Shown: in pieces, positions 1 through 11,145 of the stretch
How positions within the stretch are numbered: position 1 is the first letter of the stretch
Layout of the letters: the number at the start of each line of letters is the position of its first letter
Source of the DNA: Selaginella moellendorffii
Lineage: Eukaryota; Plantae; Lycopodiophyta
Assembly (NCBI RefSeq): GCF_000143415.4
Contig: NW_003314371.1
Span: forward strand, 136,480 to 200,479
Direction: 5' to 3'
DNA: 64,000 nucleotides
Program-made: the position numbers and the translations under genes
The notes under the pieces: model-generated
The model's database searches: none
What the model saw: only the letters and a program-made list of their open reading frames with translations
Told to the model about the DNA's origin: nothing

Positions 1-550
1 TCCACGGAGGGAACATGCGTTGCACTTGCGGAGGCCATTCTGAAAGTGCAGAAAAGAAGTTAAGACCATACAAAAAATGATTGGAGAATGGCCTAAATCA
101 TAACATACCAAACAACCTCAATAGCATGAGGCCACATGCCATTATTCAAACATGCTATTGACACCCACGTGAAATTTCGCATTCACAAAATTGGCATGAG
201 GCCTCATGCCATCTTGATAAACACACAGCTACAAGCAGGTAAAGAAACTATTGGCAATATGCTAGTGATGAACTTGCAAGCCCCAAGATGGCATGAGCCC
301 TCATACCATTAGTGGTACCGTAGCGCCGCTCGCACCACTGCAACTGCTCGTAGCGCCGCTCGCACAAACTGCCACTCGCATAAACTGCCGCTCGCAATGG
401 CGCTCGCAATGCCGCAACCGCTCGTAGACGCATAAACCACAGCTCACAACGCCGCTTACACAAGCAGCGCTCACTGCGCTCAGCGGAACCAAGAACACGG
501 CGCACAAAAATGATAGACCTAGTAATGAGTTCGAGAATTCAAAAATAACA

Positions 551-2480
551 CACGCTTGAACGTCACATCAAATCCTCTGACAAACCAGATCTTATAATTC
601 CTCTGACAAATTTCAAACTGAGTAGCTTCTAGACTTTGCTGTCGGACGTTGAACTTTGTCACATCATGTCCTTGCCTTAATCCAGCTGTGCCATGTCAGT
701 GATTCAAACTTTGCCATGCCATGTTAGAGATCTGCGCCAAGATTATTCGCCGTGTAAAGGAATAATTATGCTGTGTGTGTACGTCCATTTATGGCAATAT
801 AAGGCCACACGCCATTCAAAGAATAATGCTAGTCGAGCATTTTTTGGTGCATTTTTGGGTTCAAAATTGCATAAGCCCACACGCTATAAAGTTTACCTAT
901 ACTAAAAATAGAAATAGCTTTATTTACTTGGGAATTTAAGTGGTTGAGGCATTTTTAAACTTACAAACACATGCCCTACTTACATTCCTTTAGTTGCTTA
1001 AAATTCAAAAATATTATAAACCTTTCTTTTTGCATTTTCAATGTTTTCAATTATGGTTTTTGATTTTCGCAGGACCAGCCTAGTAATCTATTTGCATCCC
1101 GTCATGTTTATAGCTAGCTTTCGTTTGTCCCCTTCGCTAGCCTGAGATACATCTGCTCGGCATCTGCCTCTTACAGCATTTGCCCAGAAAGGGCATCTTT
1201 CTTCACGCAGCATTTGCCACATGTTTAGGGTTTAGGGTTTAGCAATTCAGTAGCTTGATAAACATGCAAATACAGAACTTGATGCAAAATCCTTTGATAT
1301 GTCACAATGCCCCTAGGACCATAAACACATTTCAATATAGAAGGTCCTTTCATTTCATAACTCCTTACGTAGATCTTGGTGAAACTAGAGTTAGTGAAGT
1401 TAGTTTCTTGTGATCACGCATCTGATTGTGATGTCCCTTTGTAGTGTCGATGGAAAGGTCAATGCACACCAAACTGTAAAATCTTGGAGCAAAATAACGG
1501 TCGGATCTATGGCAAATGCCCCTGAAACATTGTAAGGCTTGTGTGGTCTCATGTGGTGTCCGATCGAGATGCTTCTTTGCAGGGTCATCAAAAAAAACAT
1601 TGTATACCATTCTGTAAAATCTAGTTGCGATCTAACGGTTGGATCTCCAGAAAACTCAAAAAAATCTCGCACGTGTCAGAATATTCTAGGAATATACTCC
1701 TATGTGCCCCTTAAAATGGCATGCGGCCCCATGCCATTCAAGAGAGAACGCCAGATGACGCCGAGCATTTTTTGGTGCATTTTTTGGGATCAAAATTGCA
1801 TGAGCCCACACGCTTGAACGTCACATCAAATCCTTTGACAAACCAGATCTTATAATTCCTCTGACAAATTTCAAACTGAGTAGCTTCTAGACTTTGTTGT
1901 CGGACGTTGAACTTTGTCATATTATGTCCTTGCCTCGATCCAGCTGTGCCATGTCAGTGATTCGAACTTTGCCATGCCATGTCAGCGATCCGCGCCAAGA
2001 TTATTCGCCGTGTAACTGCTCGGCATCTGCCTCTTACAGCATTTGCCTAGAAAGGGCATCTTTCTTCACGCAGCAATTGCCACATATTTAGGGAGGGTTT
2101 AGGGTTTAGCAATTCAGTAGCTTGATAAACATGCAAATACAGAACTTGATGCAAAATCCTTTGATATGTCACAATGCCCCTAGGACCATAAACATATTTC
2201 AATAGAAAGGGTCCTTTCATTTCATAACTCCTTATGTAGATCTTGGTGAAACCAGAGTTAGTGAAGTTGGTTTCTTGTGATCCCGCATCTGATTGTGATG
2301 TCCCTTTGCAGTGTCGATGGAAAGGTCAATGCACACCAAACTATAGAATCTTGGAGCAAAATAACGGTCGGATCTATGGCAAATGCCCCTGAAACATTGT
2401 AAGGCTCGTGTGGTCTCATGTGGTGTCCGATCGAGATGCTTCTTTGCAGGGTCATCAAGAAGGACATTGTATACCATTCT
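551..2480. repeat. Mosaic direct duplication: 551-756 recurs at 1809-2015 and 1153-1613 recurs at 2016-2480
   Basis: Near-identical sequence by direct comparison; the ORF track shows paired near-identical ORFs (1365..1610 and 2232..2477). Confidence 0.9.
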
Positions 2481-3373
2481 TTATTTAGCTGAACATCTGG
2501 CATTTTTGGAAATACAAGATGCTTTGGAATATCCAATCATGCATGGTATAAATATAGCGAGGGTATTAAATGATATCCCAATCATGATCTTTCTTTTGGA
2601 TTTCACGTGCATGCAGTCCGAGGAATGATGACGTTGCGGATTTCTTTTGGATTTCACGTGCATGCATGCGCGTGGCGATCCAGAAATTAATGGTGGCGCC
2701 CAAGTCCGAGGAATGATGACGTTGCGGGATTACCAATCGTCGTGACATTTCGCGCGTGTGAGGTTAGGTTTTGCATTTTGTTTCGTACTCGCGCTCGCAT
2801 CGCGCTCCCACTCGCGATCACGCTCACATTCGCGCTCATCTACCTTCTCTACAGGTTTCTCGTGTGCATCGGCGTCCACTCGCGCTTGCATCACACTCGC
2901 GCTCGCATCGCGCTCCCATCGCGCTCGTGTGCATCGGCGTCCACTTCAAGACACACCCAGTTTGTAACTTTGCCGCCAACTCCGCCGCCCACTCCGCCAC
3001 CCACACGCAGCCCACTTGGCGTCCCGGGAGATTTCAGCGCCACTCTCCAACTGTAAGTGGCAGAGTAGCCTTGCTGCTACAATCCGCTGCACACACAGTG
3101 CACATTCGCCAGCGAGTCCGGCCTCGATTGTCACGCCTCCATTCGGCTTCAAATGATAAGTCTTTTAGGCCAAGTAGAAAATGGCATGAGGCCACATGCC
3201 ATTCAGTAGCAACATTGGCATGCACCGATTGGGCTCTCGAGTGCAGTCCGGTTACAGATGGCGTGTAGCCTCACGCCATCTTAGGATGCAGCCTCAAGAC
3301 ATCTGATGCAGTGGTGAATGGCGTGTGGCCTCACGTTATTTCCAGCTGCTAGCTTTTCATCTGTCAACTTTAA

Positions 3374-6300
3374 TTGTTGTGCATTTCTGAACAGGCGAGG
3401 AATTGCGTTCTTCTTCCAGCCACTGTCAATGTGGATGCAGAGAAGGGGGAGGAGCTCACCAGTTGGACTTTCGGGATGGAAGGCGAGGATCTGAGGCTGT
3501 ACAACATAGATGGTGGGAGAAAAGAATGCATGGGGATCCTCATCCAAGTGACAGACACTCCATGCAGTTCCATGCAAGAATATGGACTGGCACTTGTGGT
3601 AGAGACAGCGTCCGCCTTTAAAATCCACCTTGCACATCCTAGCGGCTTCCCAGAGGGGGGCAGCGGCTATAAGGAATTCCTAAAGGGAGCTAGGGAGAGG
3701 TTGTCCAGGAGGCCCACAATTTCAAAGACGCTGCGGGTCTATGAAGATCACATGGAATCCACGGACCTCACCTATGGCGATGTTCAAAAACTATATTCCA
3801 ACATTGAGCCGTTGAGAGTGACTCCAGTTCGCGAAGCGAAGGGGAAGGGGGTTGATCTGGAAACTACCCCAAAGCAGAAAAGGGTGGTCAAGCTCAAGCC
3901 GACGTCCGACTCTCCTGCTCCAAAAAAGAAGCCACTCAGTGATGCCATTGCCTCGGGTTCAAACACTACACCCACCAAAAAGAAGAGCCGCAAAGAGCAG
4001 AAAGAGCAAGAAGAGGCAGAAAAAATTGTCACAGATAATAGTACTTGTTACTATTCCAACAAAGTATATACAATCAACGTGAGCCACATCGACATCCAAA
4101 GCAAATACAACCACAGGTTAGTATCTGATGAGTGGGTGGAGAAACTGAAGCAGAAGATGCTGGCAAGTCCAGTAACACCCGACATCGTAGACGTGATCCC
4201 CTACTACCGAACAATGAAGGGCGAGACGAGGTTTCCAGACTTGATTAATAGGAAGGTGTTGGATGATCAGAACATCCGGTTCTATGCCGTCTCCGGGCAG
4301 CATTCTAGCTTGGCGATATGGATATTATGGTGGGCGAGGAGGTGAAGAAAGTCTTCAAGACAAGAGTTGTCCGCCTGATAAAAGGCAACTCGCCCCTCCG
4401 ATCTATCATATACATCTCCCACACACAGAATGTCAAGCAAGAAACGTGCTACAAATCGGGTCTGCACGAGACATTGGCACAAACACGGAAGCTCTGGGTT
4501 CAACTGAAGAAGCCACAAAAACCAGGACAAGGACGTGCACTAGCAACTAGCGCCTGGCAGGTAAGCCTCGTTGCATGTGGCATAGCATGTGGCCTCACGC
4601 CATTTCCATTGTAGGAATTCTCGAGTCTTCTCTCAAAAACACTGGGGGTCAATGACACACTCAGCATCCATAACATTCTACTCGCGACAAAAGTTGTTTT
4701 TGACAAATGGGTAGATGTGCTGAGGAGGTACCATGACGGGGAGTTGCTAAACTCAATGGGTGTGGAGGACGGCTGGAAGCCCAATGATTTGAAGCTCAAC
4801 GCCTTGCGTTTCTCGCGGTCTCTAGACAACGATGACCTTTTGACAGTGGCTAATGCTCTTCTACGTGGTGAGGTAGTCTTCAACAAGACCAAAATGACTC
4901 TCGGCCATATTGTGACATACGAGGACTTGTGCACGACTCTGAGAGCTCGTGCGCTATTGAAGGATTGGATCTTCGAGCAAGTGGCCGTGGAGAGGGTGAG
5001 CATCGACACCACGCAAGAGATGATGGAAGAGCTGGAGTTGTCAAATGAAGACATCGACGAGTACGTGAAGGGGGCCCCCAAGTTCATCGATCTGCTGCGG
5101 GATGCCACGAAAAGTAAAGCTGAGAAGTTGGATCAGTATCCAAATTTCATTAAGAGGGATGTCGACCGCCGGCTTCAGAAACAGCTCGACCCCGCAGCAG
5201 AGGCCTATCGAGAACCTTACCGGGTATACGTGAATTTGGATGAGGATCAAAGGTGGAGGAGCATCGTTTCCCGCGGAGATGAGCAGGTCAAGAACATCTT
5301 TTGTGTGATGGACTTCACAAACGAGGAGATCACTCATGCAGACGAAGTCAGCTCCATCATTGACTTAATGGTGGGACTTGCGGAGGTGGAATCTTCAGTC
5401 CACTATATGATCTACGACTCCGAATCCTATCACAAGTTCTGGAAGGCCTTGAACGAGGTGAAGGCTTGGTTGAAAGGCAAGGAGATGCAGGAGATCCATG
5501 GGATAATGGCTAAGAAGAAGATACCGACGAATGTCCGCATCTTCACACTCGCCCTTGTTATTGGTCCTGCAGCAGAGTGGGACTAGAGTGACTTCCCAGC
5601 TTCGTTCGACAAGGCCAATCGAATTGATCTGAGGAAGGTCAATTTACCCGTGCCTGAGGAACTGAAGACGGCTATGGAGCTTTCGAATCCAGAGAAAGCT
5701 CCAGGTGCAGCATGGGAAATGCTCAGCTGGGTCTTCAACGCAATAGCGGGTGGGTAGCCTGCTTCCGACTCCAAGGGCAAATGCGTTGTCGAGTACAACT
5801 GCGGCGGACTATTCTTTCGAGCCGCACTACTCAAAGGTGTCCCGTGTGTTGCGGTGACAAACTCCATTGAAGAGGTGACTTCAATAGAGCATATAATTAC
5901 AGTTGCCAAAGAAAAACAGTATCTTCTCTGCGAACCTGGTGAGTACGCCATTTAAGTTTAAATGTTATCTCACAAGCTCTGTATGCAGGAGCGTGGCCAC
6001 CCCCAGATGCTGAAACGGCGTTAACAGCTACTGTTGAAGATACCCATGTTGGGCCGAGCTCACAACCTGCACAAGGTAAGGTCACGTGAGGCCTCATGCC
6101 ATTTTGATTATAGATCGTTGTGAATATTCAGACACGAGGACTGAAAAACGCACTGGTGGCGCGTCGAAGAAGGACAAACAGACAAGCAATAGGAAAAAAG
6201 GAGGTACAAATTATATTTGCAATGGCGTGTGGTCTCATGCCATTCCTTGCAGGAGACACTTCTTCAAAAGCAAAACAGGCAAGCACCAGCCAAGTACAAC

Positions 6301-9300
6301 GGACGAGAGGTACGAATCATTTTTGTTATACGTGAATTCTCATGCCATTGCTTCTTGCAGCTCAAATTCCAAAGAGACTAGGGCAAGCAGCGCAGACCTC
6401 ACGACAAGAACCTGAAGGTTTGATGGCGTGTGGCCCCACGCAATTAACTAATGTTCTTGCAGATCGCGTCAAGGAAATCGAACGGAACAACGTGCCTCTA
6501 GTGGAGGACGGGGAGGCCAAGGAGAGTTCCGAAATAGGTACGATCATGACATATGGCCCCATGCACTTATCTAAGTTTGTATTTCAGGGGAACATTTTGA
6601 ACCAATGGAAAACTTTATGAAAGGTAACTTAAAAATATTATGGGATGTTGCATGTGTTGATGCAATAATATACAGTTCAAGTGCCAAGGAGACGTCGTGA
6701 ACCTCAAATTAGGCTACCTGCAAAACAGCTTTCAGACGCTATAGACAAAGAGATGGACAACCGACCAGGGCAGAGGAGGAAGGGTAAAAGCATTTGTGTG
6801 CTTATCGCGTATGTCCTCATGCTATTTCTGTAGAACGGGTGCATAAGAAACGAAAGCGAAAGGGAATTGAAGAGCAGGCACCTGAGGATGCGGAAGGCAC
6901 GACAGAGCCTCCAAGGACGGGAAGTAAAGCATCATGGTTATTGCGTGGGTCCTCATGCCATTTCTTGCAGATCAAGCTCAAACTGACAGTGGTCATAAAA
7001 AGCGAAAGCACGTTGGACAGTCGTCGGGATCAGAGGCGTTGGATTCAAAAAGGAAGAAGGGCAACGAAAAAATGATAGGTAATGCCTCGCGGTTATGGCG
7101 TGTGTGCTCATGCCATTCATTGCAGATCAAGTGCTGAGTGAAAGCAGCCAGTCACCACCTCCTGACTCAGATTCCTATGGCGGACTCCCCTTCCCCAATC
7201 TCAATGGAGAGGTACAATGGATGAGGGATGCTTTTCAAGTCAGGGCCACGTTTTTCTCATCTCGTCGTCTTCGAAGAGTGCAAGAACGTGCAGAAACCAT
7301 GTTAAGACAGTTGGGTGAGGATACGGTCCTAGGTCACGCACTAAAACAGGCTATGGATGTCTTGTATTTTGAGATGGAGACTCGGCCAGATGATTTTCCC
7401 AAGATGGTCCTGGAAGAACAAGCCATCCAGCCTGAGCAGCCTATGGAAGAAATGCAGGAGGGGGATGAGGAGCCAAAGAAAGATAATGAGCAGGAAGAGC
7501 AGAAGGACGAAAAGGAGGACAAAGAAGAGGAGGACGAAGAGGACTTGGATGGTCCTCATAATGGTGACGATCACAATAACAACGACGACGATGATGATGA
7601 CGATGGCTAGCCTGAGGTGGCCAAAGAGCAGCGGAGGAAGGTCATACAAGACAAACCATCAGGTAAATAATAGTACATCCATTCCTAACCTTTTACCATT
7701 TCTAACATTGTCCATGTAGGTCGCAGAGTAAATGGTAAGTAGAGATTATTCAGTTGAATTAAGATACAAACTCTAGCCTTTAGTGTCGAGGAAGGATAGT
7801 GCCAAGCAAGGGTCGAAACGTATGTCCAATCCTTCAGAATCAGCAGTGCGCCCGTGATATCGGTCCTAGTTCCTCAATAGCAGTTGATGGTAAATATAGT
7901 ATAGTTGATTCAATGTGCTAATGAGTTTGTTTTTAGTAGCACGGGAGGATACCATCTCAATCGAAGGGAGATATTTGGACATGCATATGGATCCGCCAGT
8001 GGACTCTACTTGCCTGCAAGAGTCATCAGAGCTGGTGGAGGCTACTATCCATATCAACGCCAAGCAAGCTGACCACGCTCCACTTGATGCTGCCCATACC
8101 ACTGAGTCAATCTTGTCCACGTATCCAACTGACGGTGACCAGGCGCCATTGGACCCGCATGAGGCCGCCCCAGCCGCCGAGCCGGTCGTATCCTCATTTC
8201 CAACGGACTCAACGTGTGCCCAATCGTCTGACTACGCGCCGTTTGAACCTCCCTACACCGCCCCTGCTGCCTGTTCGGTCATGTCCACTTTGCCAACGGA
8301 GGCACCAGCTGAAATGGCGTGTGATCACACGCCATCGGAACCACCCCATGCCACTATTGAGCCAGTTGTACCAGAGTCTACAGCTGAAATGGCATGTGCC
8401 TACACGCCATCGGATGCGATTGACCCCACATTGCAGAGGAGAGTATTTCCGCCCTTCACGTTTCCTCGACCAAAACCCTCTCAACGACCATCGGGAGCAC
8501 CATTCGCTAATATTGTAGATGGTAAAATTGACTTGTACCATTTTTTATGCTGACGCATTTCATTTCAGAGTCACGGCGAAGGTACTGTATCGTTTTTGAT
8601 CTGAACGGTGTCCTTTTCTCCTATGAGCGTGGCTCGTCCTCGAATGTCACTGCACCCTCCAAAGCCTACGGTCGCAAGTTGGTCAAAAGAGACAGATTCA
8701 CATTAATCACACGGGAGAAACTGCGGGATCTAATAATGACCATGCAACACTTAAAACAGAGGGCTGGGTTCAATTTGCAATTGGGAGTTTGGACATCCAT
8801 GATGCGCCACAATGCATTAACGTTGCTACAGATGATGCACGATCAGACGCGAGTAATATTACCATTTGACTTTCTCCTAACGCAGGAGGATTGCTTGATT
8901 ATGGTCCATGTGAGGGGTAGCAAGCCCATCTTCGTCAAGCCAGAGGCTGTAGTGATGAACCGGACTGCTAGGTCAAGTGAAATCCTCATCATCGATGACT
9001 CGCCGATTAAAACTGCAGCGAACACGCACACATATGCAGTGCACCCCATCTCTTGCAATATGGAAACTAGGGAGAAGAAACCGTATGTTCTGGGGGACCT
9101 TGCAAAACGGCTTGGAGCGATGGTGATAGAGAACCGGCCAGTCTAGGAGGTGGCTGCAAAAATCAACCAAATGGCAGATGGAACGGTATATCAGAAGCCA
9201 TTTGATCGGACAGACACCAGTCATCATTTATGGCATGTATATTGTCTAGCCAAGCACTATCCGCATCTCCATAATCTGCTCAACCGGATGGGTTCTTCGA

Positions 9301-9431
9301 CCACTGAACATGAGTGTGGACATATTAGAGAAGAGATGGCATTACTATTGGGTTTAAATCCTGATAGTGTGGAGAGTGATGAAATTCCAAGATTATTGTA
9401 TAGGCGTTGGAGGCAAAAAATAACAGTCTGA
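3374..9431 (+). pseudogene. Multi-exon ParB/Srx-like domain + degenerate amino-MTase fold + low-complexity micro-exon linker + HAD (NIF/FCP1-like) phosphatase; recently disabled
   Basis: ParB-like: NHRLVSDEWVEKLKQKM...FYAVSGQHS. MTase-like C-terminus at 5690-5870: EKAP..WEMLSW..KGKCVVEYNCGGLFFRAALLKGVPCVAV. HAD: IVFDLNGVL, VWTSM, LIIDDSPIK. GT-AG introns at 4561-4614, ten between 5939 and 7125, and 8522-8568 join the frames. One frameshift near 4320 and stops at 5584, 5755, 7608 and 9144. The start position is uncertain. Confidence 0.7.
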
Positions 9432-10729
9432 GATGGCATGTATTTATTTAAAAATGTAACTTATTATGGCATGGGGTTCCATGCCATTGTATTAATATTA
9501 GAAGACAATTCTTTGAGAGGATTTGCATTATACTAGAAGTGTTACAGCATGTTATTGGAAGTCTACGAAGTTGTTTTATTAATAAGGGGAAAGTAAAGAT
9601 TGAATGGGGACTTGGGCTCCACCTAGACTCGGAGCAACTGAGCCAATATTAAAAAGATGGAAAGAAATTGGACGACGATGACAAGGAGAAGAGAGAGGTG
9701 AAGCAGTGGCAGGGGGAGGAGAAGTGATTGAGTAGACATTTCCTTGTTTAAAATAAAATGGCATGTGCCTCAATGCAGTTGAATTTTGTTATATTTATAT
9801 ACTATAATATAAAGGTTTGGAAACTTTATTTTACAAGTGGGATAATGACAATTCCCACTTTAATGAAATAGAGCTTACTAATGTGTTGGGTGCTAATGGA
9901 TTGTGGGAAATGCAATGTGTTCCCAATGATGGATTCCTAATTGCTCTGATTTGGCGAAAGTGAAAGCTCCAAGGGTGGGAGCGGTAAGGTAGCCAAATGA
10001 TAAAGCCGTGGAAAGCCCTAGCACAAATTATGATAACTGGAACTTAGTGCCAAAGATGGCACAAAATCGAAGAGAGGATGATGGTGCCCTCAAGTAGAGA
10101 ACTTCCTAGGATAGGGAAGTGGAGTTGCACAATATGTGCAATGTAAGGTGTCGAAGACACCTAGGAAATTGACTTCGAGAAGTCAAAATTAAAAGTTCCA
10201 AAGTGCAAGGGTTATATCGATGGAAATTGAAATTACTCGAGAATGAATAGTGGGATTGAGTTAGAGAAGGTGTCTCTAACAGGTTTAGTGAGAACTAAAC
10301 CAATAAAAGGAGAGACCACCACAAGTGGTCGAATGAGCCTCTAAGTTGGAGAGACTATGCTCCTTAGAGGATGGGCAAGGCATGGTGAGCCTTCGATATC
10401 AAACCATTGACGAATATTGGCGAGGGGCCAAGGATGGAAAGGGTAATACAAGTTGATATTACTTTATAAAATAGTTTATCGTTTGATGAGGACATTGAAC
10501 TTCGTCTATAGGTGGTAGAGTTGTGAGACACAAAATCCCTAGGCCCCAAAGTGGAGCTGAAAGGGTGCCACGTAGTAGTGGCCGAAGCGAAAGCCAAACG
10601 AGTGTAACACATTTGGACTAAAAGCTCCGACTTGAAAAGGTCGAGAGCGGGAATGGAACTCCCAACGAAGTGCTCAAGGAACAAGCACAAAGTGAGTAAT
10701 GAGTGAGTCTTTAGAAAAGGGACACAAGA

Positions 10730-11145
10730 GGACCCGAGATGGACCCAAGATGGAGTTTGAGATAACCCAAGATGGACCCGAGATGAAGTCCGAGATGGAA
10801 TTCGAGATGGAGTCCGAGATGGAGTCCGAGATGAACCCAAGATGGACCTGAGATGGAGCCCGAGATGGAGTCCGAGATGGACTTGAGATGGAGTTCGAGA
10901 TGGACCCGAGATGGAGTCCGAGATGGACCCGAGATGGACCCAAGATGGAGTCCAAGATGGAGTCTGAGATGGACCTGAGATGGAGTCCTAGATGGACCCG
11001 AGATGGACCCGAGATGGAGTCCAAGATGGAGACTGAGATGGACCTAAGATGGAGTCCGAGATGGAACCGGAACCAAGACGAGACTGAGTCCGAGTCCGAG
11101 ACTAGGACCAAGACCGAGTCCGAGTCCGAGTCCAAGTCCGAATAC
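10730..11145 (+). repeat. Minisatellite of 11-12 bp units (CCGAGATGGAC / CCGAGATGGAGT) grading into (CCGAGT)n
   Basis: About 30 tandem degenerate units are directly visible. Confidence 0.92.

Larger units (their letters stand above)
121..9779. repeat. Dispersed 22-bp palindrome ATGGCRTG-N6-CAYGCCAT, about 20 copies
   Basis: Copies start at 121, 191, 288, (791 degenerate), 1716, 3181, 3258, 3318, 4582, 6081, 6222, 6327, 6423, 6546, 6804, 6940, 7095, 8314, 8389, 9466 and 9758. Confidence 0.92.
1..9790. mobile_element. Putative DNA-transposon-like element 1 (ParB / degenerate MTase / HAD cargo), delimited by the recurring palindrome; ends not identified
   Basis: Palindrome copies run from 121 to 9779 and were not seen elsewhere in the window. 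The cargo gene parallels the ParB-MTase next to the transposase at 12-18 kb. No TIR or TSD seen, and the element probably extends left of the window. Confidence 0.55.

Noticed and set aside
1224-2109. Interstitial telomere or chromosome fusion site
   Set aside because: Only 2-3 TTTAGGG units, like the telo-boxes near many gene starts in this window.
5939-7125. CRISPR array (palindromic repeats with unique spacers)
   Set aside because: Eukaryotic context, no cas genes, degenerate repeats with irregular spacing, and the spacers resolve into in-frame exons flanked by GT-AG.
5584-9146. Stop-codon readthrough or U-to-C editing rescuing element 1
   Set aside because: A frameshift near 4320 is also present and the stops fit methylation-driven decay. 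Plant U-to-C editing is organellar.
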